A stretch of DNA of 64,000 nucleotides, taken from NCBI GenBank assembly GCA_014860625.1, contig JACZJJ010000088.1, forward strand, positions 89,443 to 153,442. The letters run 5' to 3'. Below are positions 1-9,260 of the stretch, one piece after another. The notes under the pieces are model-generated. The model had not been told where the DNA came from, searched no databases, and saw nothing but the letters and a program-made list of their open reading frames with translations. Source of the stretch: Bacteroidales bacterium. Its GTDB lineage: Bacteria; Bacteroidota; Bacteroidia; Bacteroidales; FEN-979. The position numbers and the translations under genes were made by a program. Every line of letters begins with the position of its first letter. Within the stretch, counting starts at the first letter, position 1.

Positions 1-565
1 AGTAGTCGGCCTCTCCCCGCATTTGTGCTTCTTCCACTTTCAAGTTCTGAAGTTCTGCTTGCTTTTTCTTCAAATCAGCGAACTTTACACGAAATTCAGA
101 TACCTGGGGTTGAACGGACGCGAAGTCGTCGAGAATTTCAAGCTGAAAATTAGCCTGATTCAGCGTCGTGATCGAATGCTGTGAATGGATGTTTACCAGC
201 CTGTCTCCCAACTCTTTCAACTGATTTAGATTGACAGGGGTATCATTGATGAACGCCCGTGATTTGCCCGAAGGCGCAATTTCTCTCCGGAGGAGCAACG
301 TGTCATCATAATCCAGCTCCTGATCGGTGAAGTAATCCTCCAGGCCATAAGAAGAGATGTTGAAGGTTCCTTCAACGATACACTTACTCTTTTTATCAAA
401 TAACACGGCTGTGTCGGCACGCTGACCCAGGATAAGGGAGAAAGCGCCAACCAGAATGGACTTCCCGGCACCGGTTTCACCGGTAATAACAGAGAAGCCT
501 TCGGTCCAGTCGATCTCCAACTTCTGTATTAAAGCATAATTTTCAATGAATAGCCTTAATAGCAT
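1..565 (-). CDS. recN: DNA repair protein RecN, N-terminal part (the gene runs off the left edge of the window)
   Basis: My own minus-strand translation from the ATG at 565-563 gives MLLRLFIENYALIQKLEIDWTEGFSVITGETGAGKSILVGAFSLILGQRAD... This has the SMC-type Walker A GETGAGKS and a typical RecN N-terminus. It is absent from the ORF track because no stop lies in the window. The listed ORF 226..480 is an off-frame shadow. Confidence 0.85.
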   Translation of the reverse strand, partial: MLLRLFIENYALIQKLEIDWTEGFSVITGETGAGKSILVGAFSLILGQRADTAVLFDKKSKCIVEGTFNISSYGLEDYFTDQELDYDDTLLLRREIAPSGKSRAFINDTPVNLNQLKELGDRLVNIHSQHSITTLNQANFQLEILDDFASVQPQVSEFRVKFADLKKKQAELQNLKVEEAQMRGEADY

Positions 566-585
566 GTGAAACAATTAATTATTAT

Positions 586-1491
586 TTATTTTCCTTCCAG
601 AATTGCCTGGTATTTCGAGCTATTGGCAGGATCGATATCTTTTAAGATTGTCACCACATTGTTCTTTTCCATGGGAGGCACCCGTTGATCGGAAAAGATG
701 TTGACGAACTCATCTTTTTTTGCGTCAAGGACAAGTTGAAGACTATAGAGACCAGGTTTTGCCACAGAGATTTTCTTTAAAAACTCTAAACTTTCAACGA
801 CCTTGCTTCTGCCCAGATCAACCCGGTCATACATCTGGTCAAGACCCTGGCGATGATAGACGTAAGAAAATTCACGAAGAGCAGAATTGGCGGGAATCAG
901 AATATTGGCAACCATCCAATACCGGTTTTTATCACTTTCATAGGCTTTCCACCCTGAGGTCTGTTGGCTTTGAGCTGTGTTGACAATGTCCTGGGCCTTT
1001 TCGAAAAATGGAGTCCCACCCAGGGGGGCAAATGAATCGAAGTAGTAACCCAGGCACATATAGGTATAAAAAGCTAGGGAGGAGGTCAGGTTGGAAGAAA
1101 ATGTTCCGTCAGAATAATCAAGTGTCTGATATTCAATATATTTAAAACTAAAATCCCGGTCAACAAAGTTAAGAAGCACTGTATTGTAAGCTGAGTTGAA
1201 TACAGGGCGGCGCAAAACCAGGTTCAAGGTGCCCCTGAAGTCGTCGCCGGAAGGCCTGTCATTGATAGTGATCAGTATCGTGCATTCGATCCGCTCCTCT
1301 ATTTTTACACTGTAGTTCGCCCAGGTGCGGTTATTCATGAATTCATAAATGGCCGACTGCAATGTTTCAAAGATCTGCTTATCAGTTCCTTCCAGTGTTG
1401 GAGAGGTGACACTGACCACACAGTCAAGTTCCTGTGCCCTGGCTTGCAGGATAAAAAGTGTCAGAAAGAGAAATAAAATGGTCTTTCTCAT
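586..1491 (-). CDS. DUF4835-family secreted protein (some pipelines label this family as T9SS-associated PorD)
   Basis: 301 aa with a signal peptide (MRKTILFLFLTLFILQARAQ). The QELDCVVSV...ERIECTILI...RRPVFNSAY pattern matches my memory of DUF4835. Its position between coaBC and recN is the conserved Bacteroidota arrangement. Confidence 0.6.
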   Translation of the reverse strand: MRKTILFLFLTLFILQARAQELDCVVSVTSPTLEGTDKQIFETLQSAIYEFMNNRTWANYSVKIEERIECTILITINDRPSGDDFRGTLNLVLRRPVFNSAYNTVLLNFVDRDFSFKYIEYQTLDYSDGTFSSNLTSSLAFYTYMCLGYYFDSFAPLGGTPFFEKAQDIVNTAQSQQTSGWKAYESDKNRYWMVANILIPANSALREFSYVYHRQGLDQMYDRVDLGRSKVVESLEFLKKISVAKPGLYSLQLVLDAKKDEFVNIFSDQRVPPMEKNNVVTILKDIDPANSSKYQAILEGK

Positions 1492-2702
1492 GATGATTGA
1501 TTTGAGTTGAGTGATATCAGAATCGCATCCACAATATCTGAAGCAACTTCTCTTTTGGGTTTCAGTTCACCAGTAACCGTGTTACCATTACTGGAAATCA
1601 TGATTACCTTGTTTGTTGCCCCCCCGAAACCTGCTCCATCGTCTTTCAATGAATTCATAACGATCAGATCCAGGGATTTGTTTTTCAGTTTCTTTTTCGC
1701 ACTCTCCAGGCCATCGTCCGTTTCCAGGGCAAAGCCAACCAGGTACTGATCAGCCCTTTTCTTTTCTCCCAATTCCTTCAGGATGTCGGCAGTTGGTGAC
1801 AGCGTCAGGGTGAACTCTTCCGCTTTCTTCTTCAACTTCCCTGAAGCAGGTGATTCGATTGTATAATCCGCTACAGCGGCTGCCATAATCAGGATATCTG
1901 ATGAGGAAAAGTGATCAATACAAGCCTGATGCATCTCCGAAGCCGTTGTAACATTGATACGCCGGATGGAGGGATGATTTGTATGAAGGTTCACAGGGCC
2001 GGAGATCAAAACAACATCTCCTCCCCTGCCGGCAGCCTCTTCGGCAATACAAAACCCCATTTGACCGGATGAGTGATTCCCGACGAACCTTACAGGGTCG
2101 ATCTTTTCATAGGTAGGCCCTGCAGTAACAAGGATACGCTTACCTTTTAGCTCTTCGTGTTGAAAAAAAAAAGAGGTGATCTGTTCAAGGATATTTTCAG
2201 GTTCTTCCATACGGCCCGGACCCGTTAATCCGCTGGCCAATTCCCCAACCTGGGCATCAATGATGATATGCCCATAACCCTTCAGGATGTCGAGATTCTT
2301 ACGGGTTGTCGGATGCTGATACATGTCGAGGTCCATGGAAGGGGCGATCATGACCGGACATTTGGCAGAAAGGTATGCGGTCACCAGGAAATTATCAGCT
2401 ATTCCGTTGGCCATCTTGCCCAGTGTATTGGCCGTTGTCGGGGCAAACAACATCAGGTCGGCCCACTGGCCTAACTCTACATGGCTGTTCCACGCGCCCG
2501 TTTCATGATTGAAGGGATGGAATATCACGTCGTTTTGGGAAAGCGTTGCCAGAGTCAGCGGTGTCACAAAATCTTTGGCAGCAGGTGTCATGATCACACG
2601 CACCACTGCACCTTCCCTGACAAGCAACCTGATAAGGTACGGAATTTTATACGCAGCGATGCCGCCGGTGATGCCGATAACAATATGTTTCCCTTTCAGC
2701 AT
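1488..2702 (-). CDS. coaBC: Bifunctional phosphopantothenoylcysteine decarboxylase / phosphopantothenate-cysteine ligase
   Basis: 404 aa. N-terminal flavoprotein motif IGITGGIAAYK followed by a C-terminal CoaB-like domain. 4-nt overlap with the downstream gene. Confidence 0.9.
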   Translation of the reverse strand: MLKGKHIVIGITGGIAAYKIPYLIRLLVREGAVVRVIMTPAAKDFVTPLTLATLSQNDVIFHPFNHETGAWNSHVELGQWADLMLFAPTTANTLGKMANGIADNFLVTAYLSAKCPVMIAPSMDLDMYQHPTTRKNLDILKGYGHIIIDAQVGELASGLTGPGRMEEPENILEQITSFFFQHEELKGKRILVTAGPTYEKIDPVRFVGNHSSGQMGFCIAEEAAGRGGDVVLISGPVNLHTNHPSIRRINVTTASEMHQACIDHFSSSDILIMAAAVADYTIESPASGKLKKKAEEFTLTLSPTADILKELGEKKRADQYLVGFALETDDGLESAKKKLKNKSLDLIVMNSLKDDGAGFGGATNKVIMISSNGNTVTGELKPKREVASDIVDAILISLNSNQSS

Positions 2703-2712
2703 CAGGAAACGA

Positions 2713-3051
2713 TTAAATGATCTCGTCTTTCTGCTCAGGCTCAGGTTTGCGGAAATAGATCTCCTTGTTCTGGTATTCGTGAATGGCGATCAGGGTAGGT
2801 TTTGGCAGGTGCTCATAATATTTGGCAATCTCAATCTGTTCCCGGTTCTCAAATACCTCTTCAAGGTTATCTGTAGTAGTGGCAAACTCTGAGATCTTCT
2901 GGTTCAGCTCTTCTTTCATCTCTGCAGATATCTGATTTGCCCTTTTGGAAATCACAGAAACCGTTTCGTAAACATTTCCAGTACCTTCCGTGTAATCTTC
3001 CACATTTCGGGTAACTGCAATTACGTCTGTTTTCACTTTTTTATAATCCAT
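2713..3051 (-). CDS. rpoZ: DNA-directed RNA polymerase subunit omega
   Basis: 112 aa. VYETVSVISKRANQIS resembles the RpoZ core helix. The bamD-rpoZ-coaBC order is typical of Bacteroidota. Confidence 0.7.
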   Translation of the reverse strand: MDYKKVKTDVIAVTRNVEDYTEGTGNVYETVSVISKRANQISAEMKEELNQKISEFATTTDNLEEVFENREQIEIAKYYEHLPKPTLIAIHEYQNKEIYFRKPEPEQKDEII

Positions 3052-3901
3052 TGCTTTTTAATCTTACTCGTTTACTCTCTTTTTCAATAATGTCTTTATT
3101 TTTATCCACCATTCGTTGAAGCTCCTCACGTGATTTATCGTTCAACTCGGTTGCTTCACCGGCAAATTTGCTGGCAGGAAATTCTCTGTAAAAATCCTGA
3201 AACGCTATGGTGGTATTGGTATATCTCTCGTATTGTTTCTCTTTTACACTCAGAGTGGCATATTTGGCATAACATTTTACCACAAGAAACAGGATCTCTT
3301 CGCGGTGAATGGTTTCCGGAAACTCTTCCAGAATATTGTGGAAAGTCATGATGGATGCAGCATAATCCTTCATCCTGTAATATAACTTTGCAATTTTATA
3401 ATCTTTCATCTCCAGTTTTGCACGCATCTTGTCAATCAAGTCGTTACATTCCGGAACCCGCTTGCTCTTGGGGTAGATATTCATGAAAAGCTGCAACTCT
3501 TTGATGGCTTCGTAGGTACTGGTCTGATCAAGGCTATACGATGGGGAACTTAAATAATTGCAATAGGCACTCATAAAGAGGCACTCCTCTGCCCTGGCGG
3601 TATTTGGGAAACTGGTATAATATCGTTTGAAATAATAGGATGCAAGCGAGTAATCTTTCTGGTAGAAATAACAATAGGAGTAATAATAATAAAGATCCTC
3701 TGCTTTGTCTGTGGCGCGGATTGCTCCCATCATTTGATCAAACAACTGCAGTGCACGCGAATAGTCTTTCTCGTTGTAATAAGCAATGGCCGCATTGTAT
3801 TTGGTATCCAGGTCCGGATTTTTCAACAACCTGCTATGCTTACACGAAATAATAGTAGTGGTGAGTAGGATTAGAAAAGCAATTTGTTTGATCCATTTCA
3901 T
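3041..3901 (-). CDS. bamD: Outer membrane protein assembly factor BamD (TPR lipoprotein)
   Basis: 286 aa. Lipoprotein signal ending ...TTIISC. TPR-like Tyr-rich repeats (AIAYYNEKDYSRALQLF, YYYSYCYFYQKDYSLASYYF). Conserved neighbourhood. Confidence 0.75.
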   Translation of the reverse strand: MKWIKQIAFLILLTTTIISCKHSRLLKNPDLDTKYNAAIAYYNEKDYSRALQLFDQMMGAIRATDKAEDLYYYYSYCYFYQKDYSLASYYFKRYYTSFPNTARAEECLFMSAYCNYLSSPSYSLDQTSTYEAIKELQLFMNIYPKSKRVPECNDLIDKMRAKLEMKDYKIAKLYYRMKDYAASIMTFHNILEEFPETIHREEILFLVVKCYAKYATLSVKEKQYERYTNTTIAFQDFYREFPASKFAGEATELNDKSREELQRMVDKNKDIIEKESKRVRLKSNGL

Positions 3902-3905
3902 GCTG

Positions 3906-3913
3906 CAAAATTA
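3906..3913 (-). promoter_or_regulatory. Candidate -7 promoter box for bamD (TAATTTTG), 4 nt upstream of the ATG
   Basis: The minus strand reads TAATTTTG-cagc-ATG, an exact match to the Bacteroidota -7 consensus TAnnTTTG. Confidence 0.4.
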
Positions 3914-3925
3914 CAAATTTTTGAA

Positions 3926-3933
3926 TACTTTTG
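3926..3933 (+). promoter_or_regulatory. Candidate -7 promoter box (TACTTTTG) for the alpha-oxoamine synthase operon
   Basis: Exact TAnnTTTG match 43 nt upstream of the GTG start at 3977. Confidence 0.35.
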
Positions 3934-3976
3934 TGACCTTAATTAATTCCCGGGATTAACTTAAAACGCGAGAACT

Positions 3977-5230
3977 GTGGATATATTTGAAAAAGTGACT
4001 AAGAACATGGGTCCATTGGGCCAATATGCCGATGCAGGTTACGGATATTACTATTTCCCAAAACTTGAAGGCGAAATTTCCAATCGGATGACTTTCCGTG
4101 GTAAACCTATGATTGTCTGGAGTTTAAACAACTATTTAGGATTGGCCAATCATCCTGAGGTTCGCGAAGCCGATGCCCGGGCTGCTGAACAGTATGGAAT
4201 GGCGTATCCGATGGGAGCCAGAATGATGTCGGGACAAACATCATTCCACGAGCAACTCGAGCGGGAACTTGCTGCATTTGAAAACAAAGAGGCTGCCTAC
4301 CTGCTCAATTACGGTTACATGGGAATGGTTTCCATCATCGATTCCCTGATTGACCGTCATGATGTGGTCGTTTACGACTCAGAGGCTCATGCCTGTATCC
4401 TTGATGGATTACGCATGCACCTGGGCAAACGTTTTGTATACCCGCACAACGATCTCGAAAAATTTGAGGCTTCACTCAAACGTGCCCGGAAACTTGCCGA
4501 CCAAACCGGTGGCGGCATCCTGGTTATAACAGAAGGTGTTTATGGAATGGCAGGAGACCTGGGAGACCTTCCGGGCATTTTGCAGTTTAAAGATAAATAC
4601 GGTTTCAGGTTACTCGTGGATGATGCTCATGGATTTGGCACCATGGGAGTTACAGGAGCTGGAACGACGGAAGAACAAAAGGTGATGGACGGTGTTGACG
4701 TATATTTCGGGACCTTTGCCAAAGCAATGGCTGGAATTGGCGGTTTTGTTGCAACGGATAAAGCAGTCATCAAATCTCTCGCCTTTAACATGCGTTCCCA
4801 GATCTATGCCAAATCACTTCCGATGCCCATGGTTATCGGCGCCCTGAAAAGACTTGAATTGCTCAAAACCAGGCCGGAGCTCAAGGCTCAGCTTTGGACC
4901 ATTGTAAACGCCTTGCAGAAAGGACTTCGCGACAAAGGATTTGACCTGGGAAAAACAGCCTCCCCTGTTACACCGGTATTTCTTAAGGGAGGTCCCTTTG
5001 AAGGAACCCAGATTGTAGCAGATCTTCGTGAGAACTACGGCATCTTCTGCTCCATTGTCATCTACCCGGTTGTACCCAAAGGAGTTATCATGCTCCGGCT
5101 TATTCCTACCGCTGTACACACACTGGAAGACGTCAATTATACCATTTCTGCTTTCGCTGAGGTGAGGGAGAAACTCGATGCCGGCAAATATAGCACGGGA
5201 ACCATTCCCGACGTTGCCGACAAATATTAA
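3977..5230 (+). CDS. PLP-dependent alpha-oxoamine synthase family acyltransferase (Kbl / BioF / serine-palmitoyltransferase-like)
   Basis: 417 aa with a GTG start. Family-typical WSLNNYLGLANHPEV, DDAHGFG and the PLP-lysine context GTFAKAMAGIGGF. The exact substrate cannot be told from sequence. Confidence 0.8.
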   Translation: MDIFEKVTKNMGPLGQYADAGYGYYYFPKLEGEISNRMTFRGKPMIVWSLNNYLGLANHPEVREADARAAEQYGMAYPMGARMMSGQTSFHEQLERELAAFENKEAAYLLNYGYMGMVSIIDSLIDRHDVVVYDSEAHACILDGLRMHLGKRFVYPHNDLEKFEASLKRARKLADQTGGGILVITEGVYGMAGDLGDLPGILQFKDKYGFRLLVDDAHGFGTMGVTGAGTTEEQKVMDGVDVYFGTFAKAMAGIGGFVATDKAVIKSLAFNMRSQIYAKSLPMPMVIGALKRLELLKTRPELKAQLWTIVNALQKGLRDKGFDLGKTASPVTPVFLKGGPFEGTQIVADLRENYGIFCSIVIYPVVPKGVIMLRLIPTAVHTLEDVNYTISAFAEVREKLDAGKYSTGTIPDVADKY

Positions 5231-5238
5231 TTCCAACA

Positions 5239-6045
5239 ATGACCGGGAAGCAGCAGCTTATTATTAGCATTAACTCCACGGTTCTTTTTCTGATTGCCTA
5301 TGTTGTGGTGTTCAGCCTCACCAGTCTGGCTACCCTCCTATCGGCTTCAGCATTTGATATCACGTCAGAAATTAAATACAACGAGATTCTCTTTTTCGTC
5401 CGCAGTTACGACTGGACATCCGATTCGGTAAAAGGCATTTTCAGCACCGGACCTATTTTGGCTTTCATTTCCGGCATCCTGCTCTGGATCCTTTATACCA
5501 AAGTGACTCAAGAGACAGGAATACTTAAACTTCTGGTTGTATGGATGTTATTGCTTTGCATAATGTTCTTTTTCGGGGATATGATGATGGGAGCTCTCTT
5601 TAGCAAAGGATTTGGCTATGTGATCATGTACCTCTATTTTATGGATACAGGAAAAATGATCATTACGTTGTTTGCATTGTCATGTATGTTCCTTCTTGGC
5701 CTGATGATGGGACGTCAGCTTCTTTTTACCGCAAACACCTATCTGAACGTCCTGTCCGGCAGTATGGCACGTAGATTTACGTTGGTTCAGTACCTGATCC
5801 CATTTGCGGTTGGAAATATTATCATTTTTCTGGTAAAACTTCCGGGCATTACATTGTATGAAATTTTTCTGAACGCATCGATTATCCTGTTACTCATCCC
5901 GGTTTATATCAAAGCGGGTATGATGCAGGATCTTTTCTTTGATGAAGAGGAGAATGAGACAAAGATCTATTGGAAATCCCTGGGTCTTGCAATTGCTCTC
6001 CTGATCCTTTTCAGGATTATTTTTGGCGTGGGTATAAGGTTTTAA
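5239..6045 (+). CDS. Polytopic membrane protein of unknown function
   Basis: 268 aa with about 7 hydrophobic segments. It starts 8 nt after the preceding stop, so it is probably co-transcribed. Confidence 0.6.
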   Translation: MTGKQQLIISINSTVLFLIAYVVVFSLTSLATLLSASAFDITSEIKYNEILFFVRSYDWTSDSVKGIFSTGPILAFISGILLWILYTKVTQETGILKLLVVWMLLLCIMFFFGDMMMGALFSKGFGYVIMYLYFMDTGKMIITLFALSCMFLLGLMMGRQLLFTANTYLNVLSGSMARRFTLVQYLIPFAVGNIIIFLVKLPGITLYEIFLNASIILLLIPVYIKAGMMQDLFFDEEENETKIYWKSLGLAIALLILFRIIFGVGIRF

Positions 6046-7748
6046 CGAATGACTACCCTGTCGGTATAGCTTGAATTTCCAAGCACCAACCTGACCAGAT
6101 AGAGTCCGGCGCTGAGATTTCCGATATCAAGCCTGACAGCGGCCTGGCCATCAGATACATCCAGTTCAGTCGAAAAAACCAGGTTTCCGTTCATGCTGAA
6201 ACAGGAAACGTTTGCCTTGAACCTACCGGTTTCGGGCAAGGTCAGTTCAATCTCTCCGTCGGAAGGATTTGGATAAACCATGGAGAAGCGTTCTGTACGG
6301 GGCTCATTTTGCGCCACATTCAATGGAACAAGTTCAATATCAAGGTATGTGGTTTCACGATTGGTGACAGAAACATTATAGACCGTCTTTGGGAAATACC
6401 CTGTTGAAGAGAATCTCAACCCGTATGTTCCTTCATAGAGCAGCCTTGAATAAAAACCGGATGGAAGCTTTGAGTCAACATACGAATTATCACTATCATG
6501 CCCGGGAATTAAGATCCTTGCCTGCAGTGGTTCCCCGGTAACCGAGTCGGTTATGACACCCTGAACTCCGTAGTTAACCTCATCCATGTAATTTAAGAGT
6601 GAACGGTAGTTGTATTCCCAGTAATTGAGCAACTGACTGGCAGGAAGCAGTTTGATATCGGAGATTTCAAGGGTTACTTCCCGGTCGGCATGCCAATAGT
6701 TCATAAAATCCTGCCGGCCTCCTGAAATTGTATACCATTGATACCCGTTGGTGATGCCATTGTTGAATCCCGAAAAATAGTTCCAGGGACCATAGAGGTA
6801 TACTGTATCAACATACTCACGGCCAACGAATTGCCACCATAAATCATCCGCTGCCAGTTTCGCCCAGGTATCCCAGGGATAGTTAAAGACCTCTGCTCCG
6901 CCATGGAAGTTCGCTCCCATTACAAAATGGTTGCTATCTGCAAATGCCATAAAATGAATCGTTTCCGCCTGCCATGCATTCCCATCCGGATGCGGACCAT
7001 CTTCAGGATCCGGGTAGTTTCTGTTGAGATCGATCCCGTTCGCATTGAATCGTCGCGCTCCGTATACCGAGTTATTCCCTCCCCAATAGGTCCCGTCGGG
7101 ATTTGCGAGAGGATTAATAAAGATCTCCGTTGTGTTAACCATTTCGGAAATCCGTGGGTCAATTCCATAATTTGAGAGGAGATGGTCAATCAAATGCAAC
7201 ATCAGCACATATCCTGTAGTCTCATCCCCATGAATGGATGAGGTATAAAAAAACTCCGGTTCAGCCTCGGAATCGTTTACATTATCGCTGATTTTCAGGG
7301 CAATGATTTCGCGGCCAAGAACTGACGTTCCGATGGGTACGACGATGCATATGTCGGGATAGGTAGCTGCAAAATCATACATGAAATCAATGTACTCCTG
7401 GTAAGTAGGGTAGTAATCCCAATTAGTCAGGGAACCTTTACCCGAACCCGGCGGCCGGAGTTGTTCTTTCGTCAGCAGATCCCCAGGATGAGCTAAAATA
7501 TCACAGACATATCCCATCTCTGCGATTTTTTGGAACCCAACCATATTGGCATAAGCCCGAACCAGGTTACCTGTCACGTTATCAATCGAGATGATCCGTG
7601 TCAGCGTTTCCAGTTCAAACGGTGAAGCGATTTCAAACGAAAAATAGATTTCTCCTGAATGTTGAGATTGCTGATTTTGTGAGTAGAGAGAGAACCCTTG
7701 CAAACATAGCCAAAGAGCTACGAGAGAACCAAGTACACTTTTCATCAT
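6042..7748 (-). CDS. M14-family zinc carboxypeptidase with a T9SS C-terminal sorting domain
   Basis: 568 aa with a signal peptide. Zn-binding SSIHGDETTGY and NPLANPDG. The C-terminal ...LSAGLYLVRLVLGNSSYTDRVVIR is Por-type CTD-like. Confidence 0.8.
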   Translation of the reverse strand: MMKSVLGSLVALWLCLQGFSLYSQNQQSQHSGEIYFSFEIASPFELETLTRIISIDNVTGNLVRAYANMVGFQKIAEMGYVCDILAHPGDLLTKEQLRPPGSGKGSLTNWDYYPTYQEYIDFMYDFAATYPDICIVVPIGTSVLGREIIALKISDNVNDSEAEPEFFYTSSIHGDETTGYVLMLHLIDHLLSNYGIDPRISEMVNTTEIFINPLANPDGTYWGGNNSVYGARRFNANGIDLNRNYPDPEDGPHPDGNAWQAETIHFMAFADSNHFVMGANFHGGAEVFNYPWDTWAKLAADDLWWQFVGREYVDTVYLYGPWNYFSGFNNGITNGYQWYTISGGRQDFMNYWHADREVTLEISDIKLLPASQLLNYWEYNYRSLLNYMDEVNYGVQGVITDSVTGEPLQARILIPGHDSDNSYVDSKLPSGFYSRLLYEGTYGLRFSSTGYFPKTVYNVSVTNRETTYLDIELVPLNVAQNEPRTERFSMVYPNPSDGEIELTLPETGRFKANVSCFSMNGNLVFSTELDVSDGQAAVRLDIGNLSAGLYLVRLVLGNSSYTDRVVIR

Positions 7749-8641
7749 AGTTTATCTATTTGCTGCTCAAGTTTACGGATCAGGTCACGGGTTGGCTGGT
7801 TAACCATTACCAGAGGCAATCTGACGCCTTCACCGCATAATCCTTTCAGATGAAGGAGTGCCTTGATGCCACCCGGACTGCCATCGGCAAAAATAGCGTT
7901 AATCATGTCAATCAGTTGAAAGTGGACATCCCTGGCTGTTGTAAAATCTCCTTCGAGCCCACTTCTTACCATTGCCGAGTATTCTTTCGGATAGGCATTT
8001 GCAATAACCGAGATCACACCGTCTGCACCTGCTGCAAGCATTGGCAAGGTAAGTCCGTCATCGCCTGATATGACAAGAAAATTATCGGGACGATGCTTCA
8101 ATACCTGATAAATTTGATCCAGATTACCGGATGCCTCCTTGATGCCCACGATATTCTGAACGTCCCGAGCGAGCCGGATGGTCGTTTCAGAGGAGATATT
8201 CCCTCCTGTACGTCCGGGAACCGTGTAGAGGATAACCGGTAACAGGGTAGATTCAGCAATGGCCTTAAAATGGAGGTAAATGCCCTCTTGATTGGGTTTG
8301 TTGTAGTAGGGAGAGACAGAAAGAATCCCGGCAACTCCTTCAAGAGGCATCGTTTCGATGGAACGAACTACTTCGGTTGTGTTATTCCCTCCAATCCCAA
8401 CCACAACTGGTATCCGGCCCGCCACTTTAGCCAGGGTAAATTCAATGAGTGCCTGTTTCTCCAGCGTTGAAAGAGTAGGCGTTTCACCGGTAGTTCCAAG
8501 TGCTACTATGTAATCAACGTTGCCTGCTACGACATGGTTTATCATCCGCTCATAAGCATCATAATCGATGGCTTCTGAGGGTGTAAATGGCGTAACAATG
8601 GCAACACCGGTTCCCCGAAAGAGTGAGGTTTTTCTATTCAT
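7745..8641 (-). CDS. dapA: 4-hydroxy-tetrahydrodipicolinate synthase
   Basis: 298 aa. ALGTTGETPTLS motif and overall DapA layout. Confidence 0.9.
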   Translation of the reverse strand: MNRKTSLFRGTGVAIVTPFTPSEAIDYDAYERMINHVVAGNVDYIVALGTTGETPTLSTLEKQALIEFTLAKVAGRIPVVVGIGGNNTTEVVRSIETMPLEGVAGILSVSPYYNKPNQEGIYLHFKAIAESTLLPVILYTVPGRTGGNISSETTIRLARDVQNIVGIKEASGNLDQIYQVLKHRPDNFLVISGDDGLTLPMLAAGADGVISVIANAYPKEYSAMVRSGLEGDFTTARDVHFQLIDMINAIFADGSPGGIKALLHLKGLCGEGVRLPLVMVNQPTRDLIRKLEQQIDKL

Positions 8642-9179
8642 GTTGTTGAATGATTGTTAGATAGTGCTGTATCTGTTTGATGAATTCTGTCAGAGGAAGG
8701 GGTGCATCCACTTTGATCATCAGGTCATAATACCTGTTGTTTGTTTCGCTGAACCGGCCAACTTTACACCGAGCCTGCGAGAGTCCGGCGATAAACTTCA
8801 GGGAAAGATTGTCCTCCAGGGTGAGATCTATCAGCAAGTCAAAATCTGTCCGTATAAAATCGGAAACCCTGGCACTCGTTGGCATGAAATACCAGTTCAC
8901 CTCTTCCTGTGAAAAAAAGTCGTACGATAACCTGGGAATGAAATGGCTTACCATCTCTTTGTGAGGAAGATACCCAAGCGCCTTGACCTCTTTGCGCTCT
9001 TTTTGGAGTTCTGAAACAAAAGCCTCAACTTCGTTGTAATCGGAAGGCGTGAATATGGGATAAATGATCCCAATACGCTTGGCTCCTGCCAGATTGAACA
9101 TGAACCGGTTTCGGTTCATATGGGCTGATTTCCGCTTCAATTGGTAATTCCCGATACGAATACGTGCGCTGTTGAGCAT
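8634..9179 (-). CDS. Conserved hypothetical protein upstream of dapA
   Basis: 181 aa. 8-nt overlap with dapA. A TAnnTTTG box lies directly at its ATG. No motif recognised. Confidence 0.55.
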   Translation of the reverse strand: MLNSARIRIGNYQLKRKSAHMNRNRFMFNLAGAKRIGIIYPIFTPSDYNEVEAFVSELQKERKEVKALGYLPHKEMVSHFIPRLSYDFFSQEEVNWYFMPTSARVSDFIRTDFDLLIDLTLEDNLSLKFIAGLSQARCKVGRFSETNNRYYDLMIKVDAPLPLTEFIKQIQHYLTIIQQHE

Positions 9180-9183
9180 GGAG

Positions 9184-9191
9184 CAAAGGTA
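9184..9191 (-). promoter_or_regulatory. Candidate -7 promoter box (TACCTTTG), 4 nt upstream of the ATG at 9179
   Basis: The minus strand reads TACCTTTG-ctcc-ATG, an exact TAnnTTTG match. Confidence 0.4.
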
Positions 9192-9216
9192 CAGTTTACT
9201 CGTTATTTTTTATACA

Positions 9217-9244
9217 TATATTTGATGATAGTTTCTTAGATTTG
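9217..9244 (+). promoter_or_regulatory. Two candidate -7 boxes (TATATTTG at 9217-9224, TAGATTTG at 9237-9244) for the MBL hydrolase gene
   Basis: Both are exact TAnnTTTG matches, 36 and 16 nt upstream of the ATG at 9261. Confidence 0.35.
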
Positions 9245-9260
9245 TGTTTCATTCTGCAAG

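Noticed and set aside
226-480. 84-aa minus-strand ORF listed in the track.
   Set aside because: It lies out of frame inside the recN coding sequence, which reads through 1..565 with clear RecN motifs. It is a shadow ORF.
2163-2172. A10 homopolymer inside coaBC (encodes FFF on the minus strand), a possible phase-variation or frameshift site.
   Set aside because: The reading frame is intact across it, the gene is essential and the tract simply encodes Phe-Phe-Phe. It is worth remembering only as a sequencing-error-prone spot.
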